A stretch of DNA of 64,000 nucleotides from a candidate division WWE3 bacterium (GCA_052035175.1 JBPOHV010000001.1:459338-523337); one strand, 5' to 3'. Positions 20,065-30,800 are shown, numbered from the stretch's first letter. A program made the numbers and translations. Notes: generated from the letters alone by a model not told the origin.

Positions 20065-21237
20065 TTAAATTTTACTCATATAAAAATCGTGCATTCTTTT
20101 TGCTACTTCTTCCCATGTGTTTCTTAAGCCAAATTCTCGACTATTATTTTCAATTTGCTTAATTTCATCAGAGTTAGAATGCTCTAATACATAGTTAATC
20201 TTTTTTGCTAATGCATCACTATCTTTTGTTTCTATAAGATAGCCAGTTTCATTATCTTTGATTAAATAGGGGAGTGCGGTATTGTTTGCTACGATGCAGA
20301 CTTTTCCTTGACTTAAACCTTCGTGAACCACATTACAAAAGCTTTCCCACAAAGCCATATGCACCATCATTTGAGAGTGTTTGATCAAATAGTATTTATC
20401 GATGCCTTTTGAGATACCATAAAATATGACTCTATCTTCTACGCCCAAGCTTTTTGCCAAGTTGATTAACATTGTTTTATAACTTTCTTCTCCTACCGGA
20501 CCTACCAATAAGTATTTTACGTCTTTTGGTAATTTTGTAAGAGCCTTTATAGTTGTTTCATTATTTTTAATTTTGTAGATACGGCCAATCTGAATAATGT
20601 ATCTTCCAAATTGGTTTACGTGAGTCTTTACCAATGCACTTGCTTTGGCATCTACATCTTCAAAAGCTTCGTTTTCGAGCCCATTGTCGATAACTACTAC
20701 TTTTTCTTTGTTTACTCCTTTTGCAACAATTTGTTCTTTTTCCCATTCTGATACAGCCCTCACGCCATCAACAACAAGGTTTATCATCAATGTACCTAAA
20801 GTATAATGATATGTGGATTTCACTAGTCGTGTTGGAAGATCATATATAGACCATTCAGGATTAAACCCACCGTGTGGTGTTAGAAAGAGCTTAAATTTCT
20901 TTTTACCAAATATTTTTAGTATCAATGCAAAAGCCATTATGGCGAAATGAGGTAATATGTTGAAATTGTGCAAACATACAAAGTCTGCCTTTTGCCAATC
21001 TATTTTAGGCCAATAACCCATAGGCCCATAATTATATCTATTAACATTAATACCACTTATGATTTCTTCAGACTTCAGCACGTTTTTTTCGGTCAACGTA
21101 TCTGTAGTCGTATGCATGATTATGTCCCAGCCGCCTTTTACAAGCACTTTGTAAGTTTCATGTGTATTTACCTCAATTCCAGCTGTTACAGGAATAAAGT
21201 ATTTTTCTATAACATGTACAATCTTTTTTTCTGACAT
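20065..21237 (-). CDS. Glycosyltransferase family 4
   Basis: GT-B fold: GRIYKIKN, ESFCNVVHE (Ex7E), ETGYLI. Confidence 0.9.
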   Translation of the reverse strand: MSEKKIVHVIEKYFIPVTAGIEVNTHETYKVLVKGGWDIIMHTTTDTLTEKNVLKSEEIISGINVNRYNYGPMGYWPKIDWQKADFVCLHNFNILPHFAIMAFALILKIFGKKKFKLFLTPHGGFNPEWSIYDLPTRLVKSTYHYTLGTLMINLVVDGVRAVSEWEKEQIVAKGVNKEKVVVIDNGLENEAFEDVDAKASALVKTHVNQFGRYIIQIGRIYKIKNNETTIKALTKLPKDVKYLLVGPVGEESYKTMLINLAKSLGVEDRVIFYGISKGIDKYYLIKHSQMMVHMALWESFCNVVHEGLSQGKVCIVANNTALPYLIKDNETGYLIETKDSDALAKKINYVLEHSNSDEIKQIENNSREFGLRNTWEEVAKRMHDFYMSKI

Positions 21238-21977
21238 TATGCTTTCCTCGCTTTTATAGAAACTATAACTGGGAAGTATTGATCATTGTAATCAAGTTCT
21301 TTTTTATCCATTTCTTCTAACGCCATTCCAACCCAGAAACATTGGCCTGCCAATGCATTTCCATATGTTTTAACTTCGAGTTCATCATGTACGAAGTATT
21401 TGTTAAAAATATATTCACCAGAAGCACGTGTCCATCTCCAATGATGGTGGTCGATATTCCAGACTGGTCCCAAGCATGGCATTGTAACAAGTATATATCC
21501 ACCTTTCTTCAAGATTCTATGACATTCTTTAATAGCTGCAGGGTAGTCATCGATCATTACAAAAGTTTGAGTGATTATCAAACAATCATATGTTTCATCA
21601 GCAATGTCTTTTAAGTCTCTTAAGTCTCCATAAAGATTGGCAACTTTATTATTTGTGTTTATATCCAAAGCATCTGCCCTAGAAACTTTTTCTTTGCCGT
21701 ATTTTTGTATATAAGCTGTGTCTGTAATTTCCAAGCAAGCTCCCTTTACTACATCAGCATTTTTTTCCATAAATTGTTCTATATAATATCGATCTATTGG
21801 TGTGCCTCTATCGTATCCGTAGACAGTGCTTAGCGGTTCTACGTTTTTAGTGTCTTCTACTCTTTTTGGTAATGGTGCGATGTAATAATTACTCAATGGT
21901 CTTAGTGTTTTCACTACAACATTTTGCACTTTTCGTACTATTTTATAAACTATTGAATTAGGATCTTTTTTTATCAT
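21237..21977 (-). CDS. Class I SAM-dependent methyltransferase-like protein
   Basis: GYDRGTPIDRYYIE, YDCLIITQ, RILKKGG. Confidence 0.75.
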   Translation of the reverse strand: MIKKDPNSIVYKIVRKVQNVVVKTLRPLSNYYIAPLPKRVEDTKNVEPLSTVYGYDRGTPIDRYYIEQFMEKNADVVKGACLEITDTAYIQKYGKEKVSRADALDINTNNKVANLYGDLRDLKDIADETYDCLIITQTFVMIDDYPAAIKECHRILKKGGYILVTMPCLGPVWNIDHHHWRWTRASGEYIFNKYFVHDELEVKTYGNALAGQCFWVGMALEEMDKKELDYNDQYFPVIVSIKARKA

Positions 21978-22795
21978 AATATTGATCTTTCTATTATTTG
22001 TTTTTTTACAAATTTCTTAATAAACTTTCTAAACTTTATTACAGATGGAGATATTGTCCATAAGACTTCATTTATCCCGTGCGAACTATCTATTCCCACT
22101 CTTGGAATAGTTAGTAAGTCAGTGTTGGATGTTAGCGCCGCGTCATCCATACTAAATGCCGCTGTATACCCAGCTGATCTAATATATTTCAACACGTCGC
22201 TTGTATAATTTCCCTTTGGATAAGCAAAATAGTCTATGTTTATACCTAGGTCCGCCTGAAGCTTTTCTTTTGCTGTGATTACCTCTTCTTTTATCTGTGC
22301 TTTTGAAATACCAGAAAAGTTGATATGAGTCAAACTATGAGCCCCTACAGACCAGCCATTTCTATATAGCATTTTAATGTCATCGATAGATAAAAAGTCT
22401 TTTTTTGTATTCAAAGCTAGTTCGCCAAAATTATAATTTTCAGTATCAGCTATTACAAATATGCATGGTTTTATTTTCAATTGTTCCAAAAATTGCTCCG
22501 TTCGCAATATGTTTTTATATCCGTCGTCAAACGTTAGAACTACAGATTTTGTCATCGGCTTATTTGTTTGGAGATTTTCTAGCAGTTCGTTTACAGTTAT
22601 GAAGTTATATCCGTGCATTAAAAGTTTATTTATGTGTAATATGAATAGTTCTGGTTTTGTACTAAATCTCCATGCATCATTTGAAATACTGTGGTAACAC
22701 AAAACAACTGCGCTATTCTTTGTCTGCAGTATGTTGTCGATACTAAATAACGTAAAATAAATTATTTTTCTAATTAGTATAAAGAAGTTTTTCAT
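21974..22795 (-). CDS. Polysaccharide deacetylase (CE4/NodB-like)
   Basis: LCYH, LTFDDG, GAHSLTH, FAYPKG, IPR. Confidence 0.92.
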   Translation of the reverse strand: MKNFFILIRKIIYFTLFSIDNILQTKNSAVVLCYHSISNDAWRFSTKPELFILHINKLLMHGYNFITVNELLENLQTNKPMTKSVVLTFDDGYKNILRTEQFLEQLKIKPCIFVIADTENYNFGELALNTKKDFLSIDDIKMLYRNGWSVGAHSLTHINFSGISKAQIKEEVITAKEKLQADLGINIDYFAYPKGNYTSDVLKYIRSAGYTAAFSMDDAALTSNTDLLTIPRVGIDSSHGINEVLWTISPSVIKFRKFIKKFVKKQIIERSIL

Positions 22796-23700
22796 ATGTT
22801 TACTGTCTTTGACGAATTTGCCAATGTCCATGTGTCTTTATTGATTTTTTCAGGTTTGATTGCACTATACAGATAACAATATAAGACTAAGAAAGGATAT
22901 ATAGTGCTGTAAATAGGACTTTTTAGAAATACCTTTATTCCAGATATTGCTAGTTTTACCCATGGCCATTTAGTAAGTCTATGTATCAATTGCTTAGGTA
23001 AATCGTCATAAAATATCTTGTTAGAATTATAAAAGCGTATTTCTTGTTTTAAATGATCGTATAACGTTGCAGGTAATGCATACCAGCATTCTGTATCTTT
23101 TACAAAACTAAACTTAAACCCATTAGCGTGACAAAAAATATACGAATACATATCTTCTGCAAAGCTCTTTTTGAATTCAAATTTAAGTACAAATGCTTTG
23201 GATAAGGCTCTAATAGTGCCGTGGCAATTGTACCAATTATCACCGTCATTTAGATCTTCAAACGTTTCTCTTTTTATTTCGTTCCCAATAGCGAGAACTT
23301 TTTCTATAAATGTGCGTGGCTTGCTTTCTAAAAGGCGACAAGATACTAGATCGGCATGATCTTCACTTATTGGCTTGATCATTTTTTGTAAGCATTTGTT
23401 ATCTGTAATTCTAATGTCACCATTTAACAACAATACTATGTCAGCATTTTTATAGTGCATCAATTCATTTGATCTTGCGGCTAAGCCTTTGTTTTCTTTA
23501 TTGTCTACAACGATGATTTTGTCATTACTGACACTTTGCGCTTGCGCTACCGTATTATCGGTAGAACCATCAGAAAGAACAACTATGTTTATTAATTCAA
23601 ATGTTGATATGTCTTGTGCAACTAGGTCTGTTAAAAGATTTTTTATATTTGATCCTTCGTTGTAAGCTGGTATTCCGATAAGTACTTTTGGTTTATCCAT
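22792..23700 (-). CDS. Glycosyltransferase family 2
   Basis: IPAYNE, DGSTD, NKG motifs. Confidence 0.88.
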   Translation of the reverse strand: MDKPKVLIGIPAYNEGSNIKNLLTDLVAQDISTFELINIVVLSDGSTDNTVAQAQSVSNDKIIVVDNKENKGLAARSNELMHYKNADIVLLLNGDIRITDNKCLQKMIKPISEDHADLVSCRLLESKPRTFIEKVLAIGNEIKRETFEDLNDGDNWYNCHGTIRALSKAFVLKFEFKKSFAEDMYSYIFCHANGFKFSFVKDTECWYALPATLYDHLKQEIRFYNSNKIFYDDLPKQLIHRLTKWPWVKLAISGIKVFLKSPIYSTIYPFLVLYCYLYSAIKPEKINKDTWTLANSSKTVNI

Positions 23701-23701
23701 A

Positions 23702-26221
23702 TTATTTGTTTGAGTTACCAACTTTATCTGTCAAATTTAGTTTCCATACAGAATCTTCTATATTAGACGTTTGAATACTGAGTGTTTTTCGTATTTCGTG
23801 TAAAAATTTATTTGCTGTCATTTCCCAGCTAAAATTATTTGCCCACAATTTACCAGTCTTACCAAATGTAGTTCTTAATTCATGATCAGATATCAATTTA
23901 TCAAGGGCTTCTGCTGTTTGGTCTACATTTGCCCATTCGACCAGCAATCCAGTTTTTTCATGATTTACCGATTCTTTGAGTCCGGGAACATTTGTTGCAA
24001 CTACTGGAGTTTCACACATATTTGCTTCTATAACAGTAATTCCCCAACCTTCTACCATTGATAATTGTACTGCTATCCACGATTTGGTAAACAGTTGTGC
24101 CTTTGTTTTTTCAGTAACATTACCTTTGAAAACCACATGTTTTTGAAGTCCTAATTGGTTGACTTGTGCTTTTAGTGTTTTTTCGTGTTCTCCGCTTCCG
24201 GCTATTATCAGCTTGATATTAGTATATTTCTCTTTTAATTTATGAATAGCGTGAATTGCTGTATCTACGCCTTTATACTCGCGCAGACGTCCAAGATATA
24301 AAACGGTTGGCGTTGACGTCTTTTTCACTTTTGCTGGTTTGATTTCGACGCCAGGGTACATAATTTCTATGTTTTGATTTTTCCCAAGACCTATTTTGAG
24401 CATTTCTTCTCTTGTAGAATCTGATACAGCTAACATTTTGATTTTTCTGTATAAGAACGGCATCAATATACCTTCTAAAAACATAGAAAGTTGCTTGGTA
24501 GGGAATGGTAATTCTTTTTTAAACATTTCTTGATGTACTTGATGAACAAGACATATCTTTGGTTTTGTTACAAATAGAGGAGTAAAGAAAGGTACACCTT
24601 TGGGAATATCGATGACTACATCAAAGTTTTTTCTAAACTTGATTACGTAATATATAAATCCCCAGATTGCTACAGTATAAATCCCGCCGCGTCTAAAAAC
24701 TTTAACGCCATCTACTTCTTCATAATGCTCGCTTTGTTGATCATTTCCGCAAAAGAATGTTACATCATGCCCTTGTTTCACAAAATTTTTAGCAACTTGA
24801 TGTATATATATTTCTGCACCGCCACCCCATACGTGTTTTGTATCGTACCAGTTATATATTAATATACGGAGCTTATCAGGGTTTAGTTTACGTGGTTTGG
24901 GAAGAGGCGAGAACAACCCATAAAAAGCTACTAGGTTATTTAACGCTATTTCTATATGAGTATTAAACAAATGCAAAAGTAGTGCCGTACTCAAATTTAC
25001 AAATCCTAGTACAGCCATAAGTATGACGAAGCTTTCTAAATCGGTATTAAAATGTCCAAGCACATATATTTGTACTAAAGCTAGTAAAAAGCTAGTAATT
25101 GGGAACAAAGATTTGTCTTTAATTTGATAGTAACCAAAGATTGTAGAGGCCAACGAAAACAAAAGTACTGCAAAGCCATAAATAGGTAAAAGCTCAGTTA
25201 CATTTGAGATCTTATCTCCAAATAAAAACGCTGCAGTGTGATTGCCAAAGAGTCCTACTGCTATATATACACAAAAGCTACATAACGCAGAAATGAAGAA
25301 CAAAGTATAAAACTTGTTAGAACTATCTACCTTTGAGCCTTCATCTTTACTAACTAACGGTAAGATAAATTGACTAAAAAGGCCTCCTATCGAAAATATC
25401 ATTTTGCCGACCAAAGCTACTAATGCGTATTCACCTGCTTCAATTGGAGATAAATAGTGTTTTGCTAAAAGCACATCAAAGCTTAAAAAAGCTATAATCG
25501 AGAAATTATACACAAATGAAGACGTATAGAATTTTGTTGGGAATTTGATGTTGTCCGATTTAGCTTGTGCTGTTTGTTTTCTAACCATGAATTTTACAGA
25601 GAGATATGCTATCGACAAAGCTACAAACAGTGATGTAGGTATAGCCAAATAAGCAAATTCGCCATAGCCAGTTACGACTAAGATATATGCAACGAGAAGC
25701 TTACAAATAGCTTCTACAGTTATCAAAATTCCAACAGCAGTAAACTTCAAATTACCGTTTATAAAGCCAGTATCTATAGAAGCTAAGCTTGCTATGAAAA
25801 TACAAGGTGTAAACAAAAGTATAGGTAGTAGTGAGTCGGTTTTAAAATAGTTCATCAAGAAAGGGGAGGCAACGATCCATACAACACTGAACAATCCAGA
25901 AATCAAAAAGATATTTTTGCGAGTTTCATACCAAAACGTTGTAAATGGTTTTTTATATTTTCCAAAATAAAAAGCAGACTCGTGTATAACTGTACGGTTC
26001 AAAGCATTTAGCGGTATCGATAATAAAAATAAGAAGCTACCGATCAAACTAATCAATCCAAAATCTTCGATTGACACAGCTCGCGTTAAAAAAGCGTTAT
26101 AGGCGTAGTTGAGAAAATTTGCAACTACACCAGAGGCTACAAGAACCATTCCAGATGTTGCATAAGCTTTTACCGAGGAAAAAGCTTTGTTGATTAGTGC
26201 ATAAATTTTGTTTAGCACCAT
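23702..26221 (-). CDS. Fusion of a Wzx-like polysaccharide flippase and a GT4 glycosyltransferase
   Basis: ~420 aa multi-TM MOP-type N-terminus, then GGAE, LGRLREYKG, EGWGITVIEA. Confidence 0.85.
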   Translation of the reverse strand: MVLNKIYALINKAFSSVKAYATSGMVLVASGVVANFLNYAYNAFLTRAVSIEDFGLISLIGSFLFLLSIPLNALNRTVIHESAFYFGKYKKPFTTFWYETRKNIFLISGLFSVVWIVASPFLMNYFKTDSLLPILLFTPCIFIASLASIDTGFINGNLKFTAVGILITVEAICKLLVAYILVVTGYGEFAYLAIPTSLFVALSIAYLSVKFMVRKQTAQAKSDNIKFPTKFYTSSFVYNFSIIAFLSFDVLLAKHYLSPIEAGEYALVALVGKMIFSIGGLFSQFILPLVSKDEGSKVDSSNKFYTLFFISALCSFCVYIAVGLFGNHTAAFLFGDKISNVTELLPIYGFAVLLFSLASTIFGYYQIKDKSLFPITSFLLALVQIYVLGHFNTDLESFVILMAVLGFVNLSTALLLHLFNTHIEIALNNLVAFYGLFSPLPKPRKLNPDKLRILIYNWYDTKHVWGGGAEIYIHQVAKNFVKQGHDVTFFCGNDQQSEHYEEVDGVKVFRRGGIYTVAIWGFIYYVIKFRKNFDVVIDIPKGVPFFTPLFVTKPKICLVHQVHQEMFKKELPFPTKQLSMFLEGILMPFLYRKIKMLAVSDSTREEMLKIGLGKNQNIEIMYPGVEIKPAKVKKTSTPTVLYLGRLREYKGVDTAIHAIHKLKEKYTNIKLIIAGSGEHEKTLKAQVNQLGLQKHVVFKGNVTEKTKAQLFTKSWIAVQLSMVEGWGITVIEANMCETPVVATNVPGLKESVNHEKTGLLVEWANVDQTAEALDKLISDHELRTTFGKTGKLWANNFSWEMTANKFLHEIRKTLSIQTSNIEDSVWKLNLTDKVGNSNK

Positions 26222-26222
26222 A

Positions 26223-28382
26223 TCAGCCGCCGATCTTGGCAGGAACTTGGTTAGCAGCCTTTTTAAGATGGAGACCGTGTTGTGTTTTTTCCCAGTGATG
26301 TGGTTTAAATAACAATTGATAAAATGCCATTACTGCAGCAATACTCATCAAAAACCAATAAAAGGGTACTAAAAAGACGTATTTCATGAGTTCCCAGTGG
26401 CCTCTTTTTGCAAGGCCTATCATATAGTTGTACAAGTATAAAAAGTTGCCGAATACCAGTGAAATAGCCCCCATATAAAACACAGTTGTTGGATAAAAAG
26501 ATTCAATAGTTGGTCCTACATATTTATATAAAACAAAATATGAAATAGTCATCGCCCACCAGATAGGATTAATCAAAATGAATATAATTCTCAAACCAAT
26601 TATCAACTGGAATAGTAATGCATGTGCGCCGTTTGTTCTAAAGAAGTTTATTGGGTCGCGCATGTGTACCTGATATGTTTGCATGTAGCCTTTGAGCCAG
26701 CGTGATCTTTGGCGGATCCAGTTCTTTGTATTGCTGTTTGCTTCTTCTAGTGTTACAGAATCAATAATTGCAGTTTTGTATCCTTCTTTAAATAGCCTTA
26801 CTCCCAAATCACAATCTTCTGTTACATTAAATGGATCCCAACCTTCAAGCTCTCGTAATTTCTGAGTTTTGAAATGATTGCTTGTGCCACCTAAAGGTAT
26901 ATAAGTGTCGATGCTTTGTAAACCTGGTAAAACTACATCAAACCACAAAGAATATTCCGCAGTAAATAAGCGTGTTAATAAATTGTGGTGTGGGTTGTAA
27001 TAATTGAGTTTTGCCTGGACGCAGACTGTTTTTTCACCAAGCTGTGTGAACGCAAGGTATGCTTTTTTTAACTGCATAGGCTCAGTTTTATCTTCAGCGT
27101 CATATATTACTATATATTCACCTTTTGCTTGTAACAACCCGTAGTTGCACGCTTTTGGTTTTGTTTTTGGTGCTGAATGAGGAGTAACTACTATTCTAAA
27201 GTAATCGGGTAAACTCATACTTTGTGCCACATGTATAGTTTTAGCATCGTCTTCTTCAAGTAACAAAATGACATCAAGTTTATTTTTTGGCCAATCAATA
27301 TTGTTGATAGCTTCGATGAAATGAGGCAAAACTTCGGATTCTTTATATAAAGGACACAAGATCGTATAAACCGGTAATGTTTTGTCGTTTATACTGGCTA
27401 ATTGTGCGTCTGAAAAAGCCAGTTCTGGCGGAAAATAGAGGCTTTTTGATATAACGAATACGCTGAAAATGACATCTGCAAAATAAATAGCAGTTAAAAA
27501 AGCAATAAGGCCAATAAGTGTGTACATGTAATTTGTATAGAGTCCATAACCTAATGCAAGTATTCCAGATACTATTATAATTTTTTGCCATCTTTGAAAT
27601 GTGTATATAGCCGATTTTGAATGATGTCTATTTGTGTGAGTTACATATTTCTTTTTCCTATAAATAACGCCAGATTCAATGTTATAGACTCTTCTATTCT
27701 TAAACCTAGTTTTAAAAGCGCACTTAGCTATATCAAAACCTGTTTTTAGGATACCAACCTTTGATGCGCCTTCTTCTCGAGCTTCAAACTCTATGTCAAC
27801 TTTGTCGATTTTGTATCCCAATTCTTGTGCCGCGAATAAAAGTGGGATATCAAATGTCCATGGTGTTACGAGAGACTTGTCTATTTCTATTCCTATACTT
27901 TTTCTAAAAATCTTGAGACCCGATTGAATGTCTGTATTTATACCAGCCAGCAATCTACCAAAAACAAATACCCCCAATCTAGACAATATTCTGCGTAGAA
28001 GAGGTGCTTTAAAGACTTTTCTGTTTGCTACAACTACTCCTATTGTTTCGTCTTGCATCTTGGCATACATCTCTGGTAGGTATTTGGGTGAGTACTGCAA
28101 ATCACCGTCTATAAAAGCTATCAATTTGGCATCAGATACAGATATACATTCAAGTAGCGTATACCCTTTGCCAGGTTTACCTTGCTTTTCGTGTAATAAT
28201 ATTTGATTCTGATCTTTAATTTTGTGTATTTCTTTGAGTGTGTTGTCGGTAGATTTATCGACGCCAAAAAGTATCTTATAGTCGATATTTAGTGGGTCAA
28301 GTGCACTTTTTATACCAGCCACCATTTTGGCAATATTCTTTTCTTCGTTTTTGACTGGTACTATTATGTCTAAGTCTCTCAT
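26223..28382 (-). CDS. Double GT2 fusion: DPM-synthase-like domain plus processive membrane synthase
   Basis: N-terminal VPVKNE / IDGDLQ / DIQSG; C-terminal YDAED, TED and QRSRW with flanking TMs. Confidence 0.88.
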   Translation of the reverse strand: MRDLDIIVPVKNEEKNIAKMVAGIKSALDPLNIDYKILFGVDKSTDNTLKEIHKIKDQNQILLHEKQGKPGKGYTLLECISVSDAKLIAFIDGDLQYSPKYLPEMYAKMQDETIGVVVANRKVFKAPLLRRILSRLGVFVFGRLLAGINTDIQSGLKIFRKSIGIEIDKSLVTPWTFDIPLLFAAQELGYKIDKVDIEFEAREEGASKVGILKTGFDIAKCAFKTRFKNRRVYNIESGVIYRKKKYVTHTNRHHSKSAIYTFQRWQKIIIVSGILALGYGLYTNYMYTLIGLIAFLTAIYFADVIFSVFVISKSLYFPPELAFSDAQLASINDKTLPVYTILCPLYKESEVLPHFIEAINNIDWPKNKLDVILLLEEDDAKTIHVAQSMSLPDYFRIVVTPHSAPKTKPKACNYGLLQAKGEYIVIYDAEDKTEPMQLKKAYLAFTQLGEKTVCVQAKLNYYNPHHNLLTRLFTAEYSLWFDVVLPGLQSIDTYIPLGGTSNHFKTQKLRELEGWDPFNVTEDCDLGVRLFKEGYKTAIIDSVTLEEANSNTKNWIRQRSRWLKGYMQTYQVHMRDPINFFRTNGAHALLFQLIIGLRIIFILINPIWWAMTISYFVLYKYVGPTIESFYPTTVFYMGAISLVFGNFLYLYNYMIGLAKRGHWELMKYVFLVPFYWFLMSIAAVMAFYQLLFKPHHWEKTQHGLHLKKAANQVPAKIGG

Positions 28383-28511
28383 ATTTCATATAAACCCAAC
28401 TGCAGTGCCCTGGCCGGATAGTAAAGATGATTATACCCGATTATCTGGCTATTTCAACTTTTATGGTATATGTTGCCAGTATATAGTAAAGTATTTAATT
28501 ATGGTGCTTAT

Positions 28512-29186
28512 ATGAGACTATTACTTGTAGAAGACGAAGTTAAATTGTCTAGCAACCTTAAAAAGCTATTAAAAGGGGAGTCCTATAGTATTGATGTCTC
28601 TGATACAGGGGCTTATGCACTTGAACTAGCTAATACGACAAATTATGACGTAATCATTCTAGACCTTGGTTTGCTAGATATGTCTGGCTTGGAGGTTTGT
28701 AAAAAGTTTAGAGAGCAGTTAATAACTTCGCCTATACTTATACTTACTGCGAGAGATGATGTTTTTTCTAAAGTAAAAGCATTGGATTCTGGGGCAGATG
28801 ACTATTTGGTGAAGCCTTTTGAATTTAATGAACTTACCGCACGCTTACGTGCTTTGCTTCGTAGAAATACGGCAGTACTAGATACTATATATAGTATTGA
28901 TTCTTTAGAGATATATCCAGATAAAAAATTGTGTGTTCGCGAAGGTCGTGACGTTGCGTTGAGTGCAAAAGAATACGCATTGCTAGAGTATTTGATACGA
29001 AATAAAGACAAAGTAATCTCAAAAAGCCAGTTGATCGATCATGTATGGGATGACGGTTTGGATCCATTTTCTAATGTTGTCGACGTATATATTGGTTATG
29101 TACGCAATAAAATAGATAAGGCATTTCCAGACGCCAACCCATTGGTACATACAATAAAGGGATTAGGTTATAAACTATCGTTATGA
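28512..29186 (+). CDS. OmpR family response regulator
   Basis: LLVEDE, ILDLGL, GADDYLVKPF, winged-helix HTIKGLGYK. Confidence 0.95.
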   Translation: MRLLLVEDEVKLSSNLKKLLKGESYSIDVSDTGAYALELANTTNYDVIILDLGLLDMSGLEVCKKFREQLITSPILILTARDDVFSKVKALDSGADDYLVKPFEFNELTARLRALLRRNTAVLDTIYSIDSLEIYPDKKLCVREGRDVALSAKEYALLEYLIRNKDKVISKSQLIDHVWDDGLDPFSNVVDVYIGYVRNKIDKAFPDANPLVHTIKGLGYKLSL

Positions 29187-30160
29187 CAGAATTTGAAAAA
29201 GCTCGTGCAAAGCTAACCTTATATTATTTTTTACTTAGTTTCGTGTTGTTAACTTTTTTTAGCATTATGGCTATAGGAGCAGAGCGTACTGCCTTCAAGA
29301 AAATTACTGATGCACTGAGTAATCCTACCGAAAGACCAGTTTTGACAAAAGTTTTGTCTACAAGTTTGAATGAGTTTGATAGCGATTTTATAAAAACTTT
29401 ACTTATTTTTGATCTGGCGTCGTTAATAGTTGCTATGTGGTTTGGGTATTATATGAGCGGCCAGACATTGCGTCCAATAGCTGAAATGTTGACAAGGCAC
29501 GAAGAATTTTCTCAAGACGTTTCGCATGAACTTAGAACACCACTTACAAATATTTCTCTAGAGTTAGAAGTTTTGAACCGTCAAAGTTTGGATGTTGAAA
29601 CAAAAAAGTCTTTATCTAGTATTACGAGCGAAGTAACACGGATGCAAAGATTGATAAATGGGCTTTTGTCCTTGGTACATATGCAAAACCCTTATGACAA
29701 ATCGATTTTCAAACCTGTCGATCTTGTAGATATAAGCATAAAGGCATTTGATACATTCAAGCGTTTAGCAGAAGAAAAAAATATTACACTTCATTTTAAA
29801 TATTCAAAAAAACCTATTTTAGTTACAGGAATTTCAGATCAAGTATATCAATTGGTTGTGATTCTTTTGGAAAATGCAATTAAATACACAAGTTCACGCG
29901 GCAGCGTTGCGATCAACATATATGCAACCCCAGACAGTGGCATTATAGAAATAACTGATACTGGCGTGGGTATAAAAAAATCTGAGCAGCGTAATATATT
30001 CAAAAGATTTTATAAGGGCGATAAGTCTTTGGGTTTTGGTCTAGGCTTATCGATAGCCCAAAAAATTGTCAAAGATAATAAAGGTAAATTGATATTAGAT
30101 GATACTTATGTCAAAGGGTCAAAATTTGTTGTCAGTTTTGACCTCTTAAGTTCTTCTTAA
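29183..30160 (+). CDS. Sensor histidine kinase
   Basis: Two TMs, SHELRTPL H-box, LLENAIKY, DTGVGI, GLGLSI. Confidence 0.95.
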   Translation: MTEFEKARAKLTLYYFLLSFVLLTFFSIMAIGAERTAFKKITDALSNPTERPVLTKVLSTSLNEFDSDFIKTLLIFDLASLIVAMWFGYYMSGQTLRPIAEMLTRHEEFSQDVSHELRTPLTNISLELEVLNRQSLDVETKKSLSSITSEVTRMQRLINGLLSLVHMQNPYDKSIFKPVDLVDISIKAFDTFKRLAEEKNITLHFKYSKKPILVTGISDQVYQLVVILLENAIKYTSSRGSVAINIYATPDSGIIEITDTGVGIKKSEQRNIFKRFYKGDKSLGFGLGLSIAQKIVKDNKGKLILDDTYVKGSKFVVSFDLLSSS

Positions 30161-30182
30161 GTTAGTATGGTAATTTAATAAT

Positions 30183-30800
30183 ATGAAATATTCTTATTTA
30201 ACTAAATATATAGCTTTTCTTTTGGTAATTACTTTGGTTGTAGTGCCTACCGTGTATGCAAATCACACTGGGGTTGTTGATGACCATGACAAGAATGGTG
30301 TCGGTTTGCTACGTAAAGACGGCACTGAAAGACCTATGAAAGAAGCAGTTTCATGCGAAGTCCTAGTAAATCGAATTGAAAAACGCATAGAAGTAAATGA
30401 AAGAATTCTTGGTAATCGAAAAGAGGCTTATAATAGATTGTCTACAAGATTAACCAACCTTATCGAGCGTTTGAAAGAAAAAGATCTCGATACGTCAAAA
30501 TTGGAAGAACATTTACTTGTTTTAAATGAGAAGTTCGAAACCGCATTAAACAGCAATAGCTCATATGTTGCAAAATTAAATGATGCTAAAGGTCATGCTT
30601 GCGATGAAGATAGAACTGTTTTCAAAAGCCTCGTAGAAGATGCGCGTAAGTTGTTGGAGCAGACAAGAACAGATGCAAAAGCTGTGAGAGAGTATTTTAG
30701 AACTGTTATATTAGAAGATTTGAAAGCATTAAATGCTGAGTTTGCGATAAATAAGCACAATAATGAAACACGCGTAAGAGAAATTAATCCTTTGAATTAG
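30183..30800 (+). CDS. Secreted alpha-helical coiled-coil protein
   Basis: Signal peptide ending VYA; charged heptad-rich body with two Cys. Confidence 0.6.
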   Translation: MKYSYLTKYIAFLLVITLVVVPTVYANHTGVVDDHDKNGVGLLRKDGTERPMKEAVSCEVLVNRIEKRIEVNERILGNRKEAYNRLSTRLTNLIERLKEKDLDTSKLEEHLLVLNEKFETALNSNSSYVAKLNDAKGHACDEDRTVFKSLVEDARKLLEQTRTDAKAVREYFRTVILEDLKALNAEFAINKHNNETRVREINPLN

